Source: Acidobacteriota bacterium
GTDB lineage: Bacteria; Acidobacteriota; Vicinamibacteria; Vicinamibacterales; UBA8438
Length of the DNA: 64,000 nucleotides
Reading direction: 5' to 3'
NCBI GenBank assembly: GCA_009838525.1
Contig: VXRJ01000019.1
Coordinates: 9,932-73,931, forward strand
Made by a program: the position numbers and the translations under genes. The notes below the pieces were generated by a model that searched no databases, was not told the origin of the DNA, and saw only the letters and a program-made list of their open reading frames with translations. Positions 27,075 to 35,918 of this stretch are shown here, piece after piece. The first letter of the stretch is position 1; each line of letters opens with the position of its first letter.

Positions 27075-29656
27075 CCTTCCTCCTGCAGACCGGCCAGAGC
27101 GAAGCTCGCGGCCAGACGCGCCGGCCAGAGACCCGCCAGGGCCGTGGCGCCGATAACGGCAACCGTCGATTGCGCCAGGAAGGCCAACGGGAGGTGGAAC
27201 TGGATCGTCCAGCCGAAGCTCTGCACGTTGATCACGTAGATGAGGATGAGTGACAGCGCCAGACCCACCACGAGGCCGACGCCCTGGGTCACCGCACCCA
27301 ACACGACCGCCTCGATCACGACCATCCGCCGGACGTGGCGCCGCTCGGCGCCCGCGAGGCGGAGCATGGTGATCTCGCGCCGGCGCTCCAGCGCCAGCGT
27401 GAGCAGGGTCGCCGCAATGCCGAACATCGCGACGGCAATCGCGATGGCCTCCAGCGCCCAGGTGATGGCGAAGGTCGCATCGAAGATCTCCAGAACGGTG
27501 GCTCGCAGCGTGCGGTTCGTCGTGATGAAGACCCGGCGTTCCGGTCCGAGTGCGGTCCGCAGTTCGCCGCGCACCGCGTCGGGATCGGCATCCGCCCGCA
27601 GGTACAACGTCAAGCCGGCAGGACGCTGCGGGTCGAAGTGGCGCGCGAACGTCGCGTCGTCCATCACGACGATGCCCCGATCGTTCGAGTAGTCGAAGTA
27701 GATCGCCTCGACCCCGAACGTCGCCGGACCGTTCGGCGTCGGCAGCGTGATCCGATCACCGGGCGCCACGCCGTGCCTCAGCGAAAACGACTCGGTGACG
27801 ACGACGCCACCGCTCCCGGCCGCCCGCGAGAGAGCACCGTGCCCGTCGGCAGGCGCCTTGAACTGCAGCGCGCCATGCTCGCGCAGCACGTCGAAGCGCC
27901 CCGCTCCGACCGTGATGAGCGATCCCTCGTACCGCGCCTCGACCCCGAGGAAGCCATCGATCGCGACCACCGCCGGATGCGCCCGCAGGATCGCCTCGGT
28001 CTCCTCCGAGAGGGCTCCGCGGCTCGCGACCGGGCCGCCGCGCGCAGCGGAGACGAACAGGTCCGCCTGCAGGGTTTGCCCCACCCAGTAGGCCACGGTC
28101 TCGCGGAAACTGCCCACCATCACCGCGATGGCCACCATCATGGCCAGACTGACGCCGAGCGCGGCGACCGAAATCGACAGGCGCGGAATCGCACTACCCA
28201 GGTTGGCGTGCGCCAGACGCCCCTCGACACCGAGCCAGCGACTCATCGACTGCCCCGCCACCCGGCGGAACACGAACAGAACGACAGGCATCAGGAACGC
28301 CGCGCCCAGCACGACGGCCAGGGCCGCCAGCATGCCACCGAGGGGCAGCCCCCCGACCGGCGCCCAGGTCGCCAGCCAGGCCCCGAGAAGGAACAGCGCC
28401 AGGGCGCCCACCAATGGCCGCCAGGGAACACGGGCACGCGCTTCCACGTCCCGGTCGCCGCGCACCGCGGCGAGGGGCGGGACACCCGCCGCCTCCAGCG
28501 CCGGCGCCGCTGCGGCTACGAGGGCCAGCGGAACGCCGACACCGAACGCAAGCGCAATCATCGGGAGATCCAGCGGCGGCACCCGCGCCGCCGACGCGAT
28601 CCAGAACTGGCTTACCGTGGAGGCGGTCAGGCCCACCGCGCCATGCGCCATCAGCCAGCCGAGCGGCGCGCCGAGCGCGCAACCGATCAGCGCCAGCACC
28701 GCCGCCTCGCCGAGGAACAGCGCCAGGATCGTCGCGCGCGTCGCTCCCGCCGTCCGCAGAAGGCCCACTTCCGCCCGGCGCGTAATCACCGAAACCGACA
28801 CGGTGTTGTAGACGAGGAACAACCCCACCAGCAGAGCAATCAGACTCAGTGCCGTCAGGTTGAAGTGGAACGCGCCGAGCATGCGCTCCACTTCGGCCCC
28901 GCGCGACGACGGGCGGCGGACGCTCAGGCCGGCCGGCAGCCGCGCCGCGATCGCCCGCTCGGCGTCAGCGACGGCAACCCCTTCACGCAACCGGAGGTCG
29001 ACCCGGTCGACGTAACCCAGGCTGTCGATCGCCCACTGCGCGGCGGCGATGTCCATCAGGGCGAAGTTGCCGTCGAGCACCTGGGCGGGACCGCCGTTCC
29101 CGAGAAGGCCGGTGACGCCGAGAGGCACGGTCCGGTCACCAATCAGAAGGGCGACGTCGCCGCCAATCCCGAGACCATGGCGATCCGCGAAACGGCGGGT
29201 CAGCATCACCGCCTCGGGATCCGTCAACCGGTTCAGGAAGTCGTCCGTCGTTTGGTTCAGCTCGGCCCCATCCGCCAGGTCGTCGACCAGCGGATAGTCA
29301 CGGAACGGCCGGTCGCGGAGAATGTCGACGCCAAGGAGACGAACCGTCTCGGCGGTTGCGCCGACGGAAAGCAGCACGTCGGCATCGATCACGGGGCTTA
29401 CGCGGCCATACTCGCGCAGCCATTCCATCCGGGCGAGCCGCGCTTCGTCGACGCTCCCGCCGTCCGCGGTGATCTCGAGCGACGTCTGGCCCGCCACCGC
29501 GTCGAGGGCCGTCGCGAATCCACTCACCGAACTGGCGTTGGCAAGCTGAATAGCGACGACAACGCCGACACCGATTGCCAGGCTGGCAATGGTGGCTATA
29601 GTCCGCAGCCGCTGGCGGCGGAGCGGCCGGACGATAAACGCGCGGAACAGGGTCAC
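27071..29656 (-). CDS. ABC transporter permease, duplicated FtsX/MacB-type
   Basis: 861 aa. Two FtsX-like 4-TM modules with large periplasmic loops. 4-nt overlaps with both neighbouring genes. Confidence 0.9.
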   Translation of the reverse strand: MTLFRAFIVRPLRRQRLRTIATIASLAIGVGVVVAIQLANASSVSGFATALDAVAGQTSLEITADGGSVDEARLARMEWLREYGRVSPVIDADVLLSVGATAETVRLLGVDILRDRPFRDYPLVDDLADGAELNQTTDDFLNRLTDPEAVMLTRRFADRHGLGIGGDVALLIGDRTVPLGVTGLLGNGGPAQVLDGNFALMDIAAAQWAIDSLGYVDRVDLRLREGVAVADAERAIAARLPAGLSVRRPSSRGAEVERMLGAFHFNLTALSLIALLVGLFLVYNTVSVSVITRRAEVGLLRTAGATRATILALFLGEAAVLALIGCALGAPLGWLMAHGAVGLTASTVSQFWIASAARVPPLDLPMIALAFGVGVPLALVAAAAPALEAAGVPPLAAVRGDRDVEARARVPWRPLVGALALFLLGAWLATWAPVGGLPLGGMLAALAVVLGAAFLMPVVLFVFRRVAGQSMSRWLGVEGRLAHANLGSAIPRLSISVAALGVSLAMMVAIAVMVGSFRETVAYWVGQTLQADLFVSAARGGPVASRGALSEETEAILRAHPAVVAIDGFLGVEARYEGSLITVGAGRFDVLREHGALQFKAPADGHGALSRAAGSGGVVVTESFSLRHGVAPGDRITLPTPNGPATFGVEAIYFDYSNDRGIVVMDDATFARHFDPQRPAGLTLYLRADADPDAVRGELRTALGPERRVFITTNRTLRATVLEIFDATFAITWALEAIAIAVAMFGIAATLLTLALERRREITMLRLAGAERRHVRRMVVIEAVVLGAVTQGVGLVVGLALSLILIYVINVQSFGWTIQFHLPLAFLAQSTVAVIGATALAGLWPARLAASFALAGLQEEG

Positions 29657-30324
29657 GACACGATGCGCCCGTCACGCATCGTCACGACGCGTCCGGCCGC
29701 GGCCGCGACCGCAGCATCGTGCGTCGCGAGCAATATCGCCGCCCCTGACTGGTGATTGACATCGTGGAGGAGGTCGACGATGCGCGCGCCGTTCGCGCTG
29801 TCGAGGTTGCCGGTCGGCTCGTCCGCGAGGAGGAGCGCCGGCTCGTGCACGACCGCGCGCGCGATCGCCGTCCGCTGCGCCTCGCCCCCCGAGAGCTGCG
29901 ACGGCACATGATCCAGCCGGTGGCCGATACCGACCCGCTCGGCCCACGTTTGCACCCGCTGGGCGGTTGCCGCCGGATCCACGCCAGCCAGGAGCAGCGG
30001 CAGCGCGATGTTCTCGCCCACCGTGAGCGAAGGCAGCAGATTGAAGAACTGAAAGACGAAACCGACGCGCGCCCGCCGCAGACGGGTCAGGGCGTCGTCA
30101 TCGAGGTCGCCGATTGACCGGCCCTCGAACCGCACGTCGCCGGCCGTCGGACGATCCATCGCGCCGCACAGGTGCAACAGCGTCGACTTCCCGCACCCGG
30201 ACGGTCCGACGAGCGCGACGAATTCTCCCGCGTCGAGCGCGAGATCCAGGCCATCGACGCCGGTCACCTCGACGTCGCCCCGCCGGTACCGCTTCGTCAG
30301 CCCGCGCGCCTCGAGGACCGGCAC
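29653..30324 (-). CDS. ABC transporter ATP-binding protein (MacB/LolD-like)
   Basis: 223 aa with a GTG start. Walker [10 protein letters not shown], signature LSGGEAQR, Walker [13 protein letters not shown]. Confidence 0.95.
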   Translation of the reverse strand: MPVLEARGLTKRYRRGDVEVTGVDGLDLALDAGEFVALVGPSGCGKSTLLHLCGAMDRPTAGDVRFEGRSIGDLDDDALTRLRRARVGFVFQFFNLLPSLTVGENIALPLLLAGVDPAATAQRVQTWAERVGIGHRLDHVPSQLSGGEAQRTAIARAVVHEPALLLADEPTGNLDSANGARIVDLLHDVNHQSGAAILLATHDAAVAAAAGRVVTMRDGRIVS

Positions 30325-30375
30325 TAGCAGCCCGCGGTGAAGCCCCGCGTCATGAGTTCACGATATAACGGCCGC

Positions 30376-30804
30376 CTAGTCGTGGGACAGCGGGCAGCTC
30401 ACCATCCAGTTGATGCCGAAGCGGTCCGTGCACATGCCGAAGTACGAGCCCCAGAACTGCTCGCCGAGCGGCATCGTCACGGCGCCGCCCTCGGAGAGCT
30501 TCGCGCAAAGAGCGTCACACTGCTCGCGGGTCTCCGCCGATATCGAGATCGAGAAGTTGTCGCCCGTGACCGGCGGCGACCCGAACCCCGTGGCCCGATC
30601 GCTCCCCATGAGGATGCTGGAACCGATCGGGAGCGACACATGCATGATGCGATCCTTCTCGTCATCAGGAAGGGGCATGTCCGCCGGCGCATTTCCGAAG
30701 GTATCGATCGTGTCGAACTCGCCGCCGAAGACGGACCGGTAGAACTCGAAGGCTTCGCGGCAGTTGCCGTCGAAGGTGAGGTAGGTGTTGAGCGCGAGAG
30801 GCAT
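30376..30804 (-). CDS. VOC-fold protein (PhnB / 3-demethylubiquinone methyltransferase-like domain)
   Basis: Start MPLALNTYLTFDGNCREAFEFY... is chosen because AAGGAG lies 9 nt upstream; the track ORF extends to 30882. ...GSYFGMCTDRFGINWMV. Confidence 0.85.
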   Translation of the reverse strand: MPLALNTYLTFDGNCREAFEFYRSVFGGEFDTIDTFGNAPADMPLPDDEKDRIMHVSLPIGSSILMGSDRATGFGSPPVTGDNFSISISAETREQCDALCAKLSEGGAVTMPLGEQFWGSYFGMCTDRFGINWMVSCPLSHD

Positions 30805-30869
30805 GACCGGGAAACTCCTTGGTGGTAAGGATGGACGTCCGCGTTGGCCAGGAGGATACGCGGGAGCGC

Positions 30870-30875
30870 TACGAT
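30870..30875 (+). promoter_or_regulatory. -10-like hexamer TACGAT, 6 nt upstream of ATG 30882
   Basis: gcgcTACGATagggcaATG. No SD. Confidence 0.3.
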
Positions 30876-30881
30876 AGGGCA

Positions 30882-32519
30882 ATGAGACGGATGTGGAGCC
30901 TGGCAGCCATCGCCGCCATCGCCAGCTTCCCGGCCGCGGGAGCGGCCCAGCCGGCGGGTTTCGAAGCGGGCGCGGCGGCGGTGGAAATCACACCGGTGCT
31001 CTGTCCCGACGCGGCGCCCGACGCGACGCCGGAGCCGTACGATACGACGCGCGGCTGCTTTCGCTGGGTCCACCTGGCGGGATTCTCCCCCTTCGTTCCG
31101 TTCCGCGGGGACATCCGCCTGGCGACGGGGATTCACGATCCCCTGTGGGCGCGCGCGCTCGCGCTGCGGGATGCGGAAGGCGACACGCTGGTGCTCGTGG
31201 CGCTCGACCTGCCCGGCATCGGCCGACAACATACCGGCCCGATCCGACGGCTAGTCCAGCGCGAGCTGAGCATCCCGGTCGAACAGGTGGTGATCCACTC
31301 GACACACACGCACTCCGCGCCCGACGCCAGCGGCTATTGGTCTACCCTCCGCTCCGATCACAACGATCACTACGTCGCCTGGCTGCGCGAGCGGGTCACC
31401 GAAGCCATCCGCGGGGCGGTCGCGGCGCTTCGGCCGGCGACGCTGACCACCGCCACGACGACGCACGTCGCTTGCGCCGACCGTCGAACCGGACGACTGA
31501 AGCACGCGCGCGACTGCCGCCTCCCCGCCGCGAGTCACCAGATGAACGACTCGCCGGACGCGTGGGACCGCTTCGTGATCCAGCGTGACCTGCGCGATCC
31601 GATCGTGGGCAACACGAACATCGTCGCCGCCGGTTTCGACGACGCGGATACCGGAGCGACGATCGCGACATTCATCAACTGGCACAACCATCCGGACACC
31701 CTGGGCAGCGCGAACCGGCTGATCTCGAGCGACTACCCGCACTACCTGCGCGCGTACGTGGAGCGCGAGCGCGGCGGCGTCGCGATCTTCGTCGCCGGGA
31801 CGGTCGGAAACCAGATCAGCGGCCTGCGCGGCACGCCGGTTCCGTTGTGGGACGAGGCGGGGCGGCGGGTGACGGAGCCGGCGCCCGGCGGCGGCCGCCA
31901 GCCGGTGCTGGTAACGGAGGACTGGGCGAAGATCCGCTCGACCGGCTACGAGATTGGCCACGCCGCGGTCACCGCTCTCGCCGGGGCGCAACGACTGCCA
32001 TCACCCGGGGTCGCCGTTTCGTCGAGCACGTTCTACACGCCGGTCGACAACGTCATCCACCTGCTCGGCACGTGGCCGGTCTGGCATCATGGCGTCGAGC
32101 CGGAGGATCGCCCCCGTTACGCCTGGCCTGACTGCTGGGGGCTTCTCGGATGCGTACGCGCCGAGGTGAGTCTGATCGAGGTGGGCGACCTCGCGATGCT
32201 CACCGCGCCGGGCGAGATCGACCCTGCCTATGCGCTGGGCCGTCCCGCGAGCGCGGCGGACTACGGCGAATGGGGCATCTGGGAGTTCCCCGCCATGGAC
32301 GGCGTCGTGCATCTCATGCCGGGCCGCCATCATGCATTCATCGGATCGGCGCACGACTACCTGTCGTACCTCATGCCGCCGTCGGACAACACCGGTTGGT
32401 GGAACTTCGATCACCCGAACCACTACGAGGAATGGGTGACGATCGGCGCCCGGTTCGGAGAAGGCGTCCGCCGCGCCTGGCGCGACCTGCTGGAAGCGCG
32501 GATGCGTAGCGTACCGTGA
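30882..32519 (+). CDS. Neutral/alkaline (non-lysosomal) ceramidase-like secreted hydrolase
   Basis: Start MRRMWSLAAIAAIASFPAAGAAQP (signal peptide) lies inside track ORF 30819..32519. AAAVEITP...GIHDPLWARALAL...VALDL...HSTHTHSAPD blocks resemble the neutral ceramidase N-terminal domain. Confidence 0.65.
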   Translation: MRRMWSLAAIAAIASFPAAGAAQPAGFEAGAAAVEITPVLCPDAAPDATPEPYDTTRGCFRWVHLAGFSPFVPFRGDIRLATGIHDPLWARALALRDAEGDTLVLVALDLPGIGRQHTGPIRRLVQRELSIPVEQVVIHSTHTHSAPDASGYWSTLRSDHNDHYVAWLRERVTEAIRGAVAALRPATLTTATTTHVACADRRTGRLKHARDCRLPAASHQMNDSPDAWDRFVIQRDLRDPIVGNTNIVAAGFDDADTGATIATFINWHNHPDTLGSANRLISSDYPHYLRAYVERERGGVAIFVAGTVGNQISGLRGTPVPLWDEAGRRVTEPAPGGGRQPVLVTEDWAKIRSTGYEIGHAAVTALAGAQRLPSPGVAVSSSTFYTPVDNVIHLLGTWPVWHHGVEPEDRPRYAWPDCWGLLGCVRAEVSLIEVGDLAMLTAPGEIDPAYALGRPASAADYGEWGIWEFPAMDGVVHLMPGRHHAFIGSAHDYLSYLMPPSDNTGWWNFDHPNHYEEWVTIGARFGEGVRRAWRDLLEARMRSVP

Positions 32520-33187
32520 CGCCGAGCGGTCCCTGGAGCGCATTCGCGCCGGCCGTCCATACAACATGCGAGCCGGCCGTCGCCGGCTGGATCGCGCACC
32601 CGGCGGACACCGTCTCGGCCCTCGCCTATCTGCTGACTGCGATCCTCGCGCGGCGCCTTGCGCCCGCCATCGCCGCGCGAGTTGCGCTCGTGGGCGTGAT
32701 GGCGGTGGGATTCCACGCCACCGGGACCGACTTCATGCAACGCCTCGACCTGGCTGCGGTGATACTGCTGAACGGTCACCTGTTGGTGTGGGCGCTGATC
32801 CGCAGCGGCCATGGCGCGGCGGAACGCAGGCGCGCGATGGAAGTTGCCATCGCGGCGATCCCCGCCGTGGCCGGATTCCTCTTCAGTTGGCTCGGCTACG
32901 TGATCGGTGCGGTCGAAGCGCTCACCGCGCTGGCGCTCTGGCAGCGCCTGGCGGGTACGACACCCGCCGTCCGGCACGACGTCCGGTGGATCGCCGGGCT
33001 CGTGCTGCCAGGCAGCATCCTGCTCGGCCTCGGACATCTGGGGATCGGCTGCGTGACCGGCGCCGCGACCCACATCGTGCAGCCGCACGTGATCTGGCAC
33101 GTCGCATCGGCGATCGCGTGCATGATCATCTGCCGGATGGATCGGACCCTCCGGCAATCCACCACCCTCCCGCCGCCGACGCGGTGA
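32516..33187 (+). CDS. Integral-membrane alkaline-ceramidase-like (ACER/YPC-type) protein
   Basis: 223 aa, about 7 TM segments. GTGA overlap with the upstream gene. CEP...IAHPADTVSALAYL, FHATGTDFMQRLD and HVIWH motifs resemble the ceramidase-family Zn-ligand blocks. Confidence 0.55.
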   Translation: MTPSGPWSAFAPAVHTTCEPAVAGWIAHPADTVSALAYLLTAILARRLAPAIAARVALVGVMAVGFHATGTDFMQRLDLAAVILLNGHLLVWALIRSGHGAAERRRAMEVAIAAIPAVAGFLFSWLGYVIGAVEALTALALWQRLAGTTPAVRHDVRWIAGLVLPGSILLGLGHLGIGCVTGAATHIVQPHVIWHVASAIACMIICRMDRTLRQSTTLPPPTR

Positions 33188-33758
33188 CGCAGGCGGCGCC
33201 CCCGACCAGATTGATCGCGAACCCGGCCAGCCCCGATGCGCCTGGGGCCAGCGAGGAGACGACGGCGACCAGCAACCCGCTCAGAAGACCGGCGGCCGCG
33301 AAGACGAGGCTCGCAATGGCGATCCGTGCCCATCCACTACCAGGATGGGGCTCCCCGCCACCATGGCCGCTCAGGGCCGAACCGAACGCGCCGATCAGAC
33401 CGTAGGCAAGCACGAAGCCGAGCGGCAGACCGATTGCCAGTTCCCGCAGCGACTCTCTCCCGGCGAGCGCCGGCAGGCTGCTCACCACGAGCAACGGCGC
33501 CCAGATCAGCGCCGCGAACGCCAGGGCGAATGCGAGCGGCCCGCGCCAACCGGGGCCGGTCGCACTGCCCGCCACCGCGCCGCCCGCCGCGCTGGCGATC
33601 AGCAGCAGGCCGATCGGCCGGGCGAACGACGAGCCGGTGAAGAAACCGGCCGCGCCGAGCGCCGGCAACGCGATCAGCCAGACGGCAACGGGTATCAACG
33701 TCCCGGCAGCAAACCGGGCCGCGCCGCGCCGACGAGCCAACGGATGCTCAGAAGCCAA
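33126..33758 (-). CDS. Hypothetical polytopic membrane protein (Ala/Gly/Leu-rich)
   Basis: 210 aa, 5-6 predicted TM segments. The start overlaps the end of the Omp85 gene by 11 nt. The 3' end overlaps the convergent gene by 62 nt. It is the only non-junk frame in this region. Confidence 0.5.
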   Translation of the reverse strand: MASEHPLARRRGAARFAAGTLIPVAVWLIALPALGAAGFFTGSSFARPIGLLLIASAAGGAVAGSATGPGWRGPLAFALAFAALIWAPLLVVSSLPALAGRESLRELAIGLPLGFVLAYGLIGAFGSALSGHGGGEPHPGSGWARIAIASLVFAAAGLLSGLLVAVVSSLAPGASGLAGFAINLVGGAACVTASAAGGWWIAGGSDPSGR

Positions 33759-35313
33759 TATCGGAGAAAGCGGAGCCTACCCAACGCTTCACGCCGTCGA
33801 TCGGGTTCAGAGCGTACCCGAAATCGAACCGGATACCCCCACGCGCCGCAAGCCGGTGGCTTCCCACGAGCAGGCTGACGCCGATCGCGCTCCGCAGGTC
33901 GCCGATACGAACCGGCGCTCCCTCCGGCCAGACGAACCCGCTGTCGAAGAATCCGGCGACGCCAAGCGAGAGAAGTTGCCAGACGTCGTCCGCTACGAAC
34001 CATCGTTCCTCGATAGACAGCAGCAGCGATCGATCGCCCGTAAACTGCCGGACCGGGTACCCGCGTAACCCGCTCTCGATCCCCAGCCGCAACTGCACCT
34101 CCGGATCGAGCCTGTGGCCATGGACGTAGTCCAACCGTCCGATGAGCGCGGTGCGCGGCGATGGCTTCAGCAGATAGCGCGCGCCCGCCGATGCGCTGAG
34201 GTTCCGCCACAACGCTCCCTCGCGGCGCCCCCCGACGGCGGCGTTCAGGATGACGAAGTGATCGTCGTCGAAGACCACGCCCTGCTGATGGCCGGCGGCT
34301 ACGAATGTCGCCCCCGCCGCGCCGCCCAACGCTTCGGAGGCCAAGCCGAGCGTCACATGGGACTCGGTTCCGAGGTTGAAGTCCTCCGTCCGTTCGAACT
34401 GATTGACATGGGTCAGCCGCACGAACCGATGCGACACCGCCTGCAGGCCCACTTCCGCGATTCCGAACTCGCGCCGCTCCGCTCCCACATGGTCCGAGCG
34501 GAAACGGTACGCGCCAAGGAGCCGGACCGCATGTGCGTCGCGACGAACAATGGCGCGGCCGACAGCCAGGTCGCTCCATCGGCCGCGATGCGGCAGGCGG
34601 TCGATTTCCACGCCGTGCTCGACGATCGGATCGGTTCGCCGGAATCCGCCGGCGCCGATCGTATAGGTCCAGGGATCCCGCAGTGAGAGGAACGGCCGGT
34701 CGATGAGGAACAGGCGGTCGTAGCCATCGCTCAACTGTGAAAGCGTTGCGGTGAGCCGGTTTCTCGTGTGAAAGAGCTGTTGGTCGTCGTACGTGAGGCG
34801 ATCGATCGTTCGGTCGAGATTCTGGCGATGAGAGAAGGTGATTGCCTTGCCGAAGCCGAGCAGGTTCTTCTCGGAAGCGCCCAACTCCCAGATGGTGCGG
34901 TCCTCAACCTGCTGGAAGTCGACCCGGGGGGAAAGCGTCCAGCGATCCCACGTGGTGACGCGGACATCCACGCGGTCAGTGGCGCCATCGCCGTCGCTGT
35001 CCACCTCGGTCGTTTCCAGGCGTGCGTCGCGAAGAAACGGGAGATCCCGCAGGTTGCGCTCGGTCTGCTCGATCAGCTCGTAATCGACCGGATCGCCGCT
35101 CTCGAAGAGCAGGTCGTTTCGGACTACCCGCTCGCGCGTCCGCACGTGAAGGCGGTTGGCGAGCCGGTAGGGAGCGGTCCCGCCCGTTTCGAAAACCTCG
35201 TGGCTGACGACCTCGATTTCACCAATGACGGGCGGCGCGAACTGGGCGGAGACGGTGGCGGGAACCAGGAGGAAAACGATCAGCAGAGCGGGCACCGGGA
35301 TTAGTGCAGACAA
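33748..35313 (-). CDS. Omp85/BamA-TamA family outer-membrane protein (POTRA + surface-antigen barrel)
   Basis: 521 aa with a TTG start and signal peptide ...ATVSAQ. Barrel ends ...GSAFSDIGF. Confidence 0.8.
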   Translation of the reverse strand: MSALIPVPALLIVFLLVPATVSAQFAPPVIGEIEVVSHEVFETGGTAPYRLANRLHVRTRERVVRNDLLFESGDPVDYELIEQTERNLRDLPFLRDARLETTEVDSDGDGATDRVDVRVTTWDRWTLSPRVDFQQVEDRTIWELGASEKNLLGFGKAITFSHRQNLDRTIDRLTYDDQQLFHTRNRLTATLSQLSDGYDRLFLIDRPFLSLRDPWTYTIGAGGFRRTDPIVEHGVEIDRLPHRGRWSDLAVGRAIVRRDAHAVRLLGAYRFRSDHVGAERREFGIAEVGLQAVSHRFVRLTHVNQFERTEDFNLGTESHVTLGLASEALGGAAGATFVAAGHQQGVVFDDDHFVILNAAVGGRREGALWRNLSASAGARYLLKPSPRTALIGRLDYVHGHRLDPEVQLRLGIESGLRGYPVRQFTGDRSLLLSIEERWFVADDVWQLLSLGVAGFFDSGFVWPEGAPVRIGDLRSAIGVSLLVGSHRLAARGGIRFDFGYALNPIDGVKRWVGSAFSDIGF

Positions 35314-35352
35314 GAAAAGACCCTGTACGTCTCGTCAGAGACGCGCAGGGCC
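35312..35352 (-). terminator. Rho-independent terminator after the 35396-35827 gene
   Basis: Minus strand: GGCCCTGCGCGTCTC-tgac-GAGACGTACAGGGTC followed by TTTTCTT. Confidence 0.55.
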
Positions 35353-35395
35353 CTTTCAGAAACGCTGTCGTTCGAGACGAACGACCGGCGGCAGA

Positions 35396-35827
35396 CTAGC
35401 GGCCAGGCTCGGTCGGATCGCGGCCGTCGCGCGGCGCGCCCGTGCCGGACGAACCCATGAAGAGCTTGCGGCCGTCACGGAACGTCAGGTCGCGTCCGTT
35501 GCCCTTGTTGGAGCCATCCTTGGCCTGGTAGCCATCGACGATGATCTCCGTGCCGGGCAACAGCGAATTCTTCGTGAATCCGCGGCGCAGCAAAGTGTTC
35601 GGTGTGCCGCCCTCGACCATCCAGACGGTCGTGCTGCCGTCCTCGTTGGTCACTTCAAGGTGGACCCACGCGTGCGGGTTGATCCATTCCATCTTGACGA
35701 CCACGCCCTCGAGGTGGATCGGCCGATCGGCATCGAACTCCGCCGAGAACGCGTGATGAGCAACCGCGGGAACTCCTGCCAGAGCCACCGCCGCAGCAAC
35801 CAGTGCCAAGATTGTCTTTGCTCGCAT
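35396..35827 (-). CDS. Small secreted protein of unknown function (HHAFSAEFD-type; I recall this as DUF6152-like)
   Basis: Start MRAKTILALVAAAVALAGVPAVA with AGGAGG SD; the track ORF extends to 35893. The mature protein starts HHAFSAEFDADRPIHLEGVVVKMEWINPH. Confidence 0.7.
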   Translation of the reverse strand: MRAKTILALVAAAVALAGVPAVAHHAFSAEFDADRPIHLEGVVVKMEWINPHAWVHLEVTNEDGSTTVWMVEGGTPNTLLRRGFTKNSLLPGTEIIVDGYQAKDGSNKGNGRDLTFRDGRKLFMGSSGTGAPRDGRDPTEPGR

Positions 35828-35918
35828 CGGTTTCGCCTCCTGTGTAATCACGAACGACTTGGAGATTATGGCTGGTCTCCTCGATTCCGTCAACTACCCG
35901 CCGGTCCTGAACGGGAAA

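Noticed and set aside
27335-29755. 806-aa plus-strand ORF antisense to the ABC permease.
   Set aside because: Shadow ORF. The minus strand encodes clear FtsX-type TM modules.
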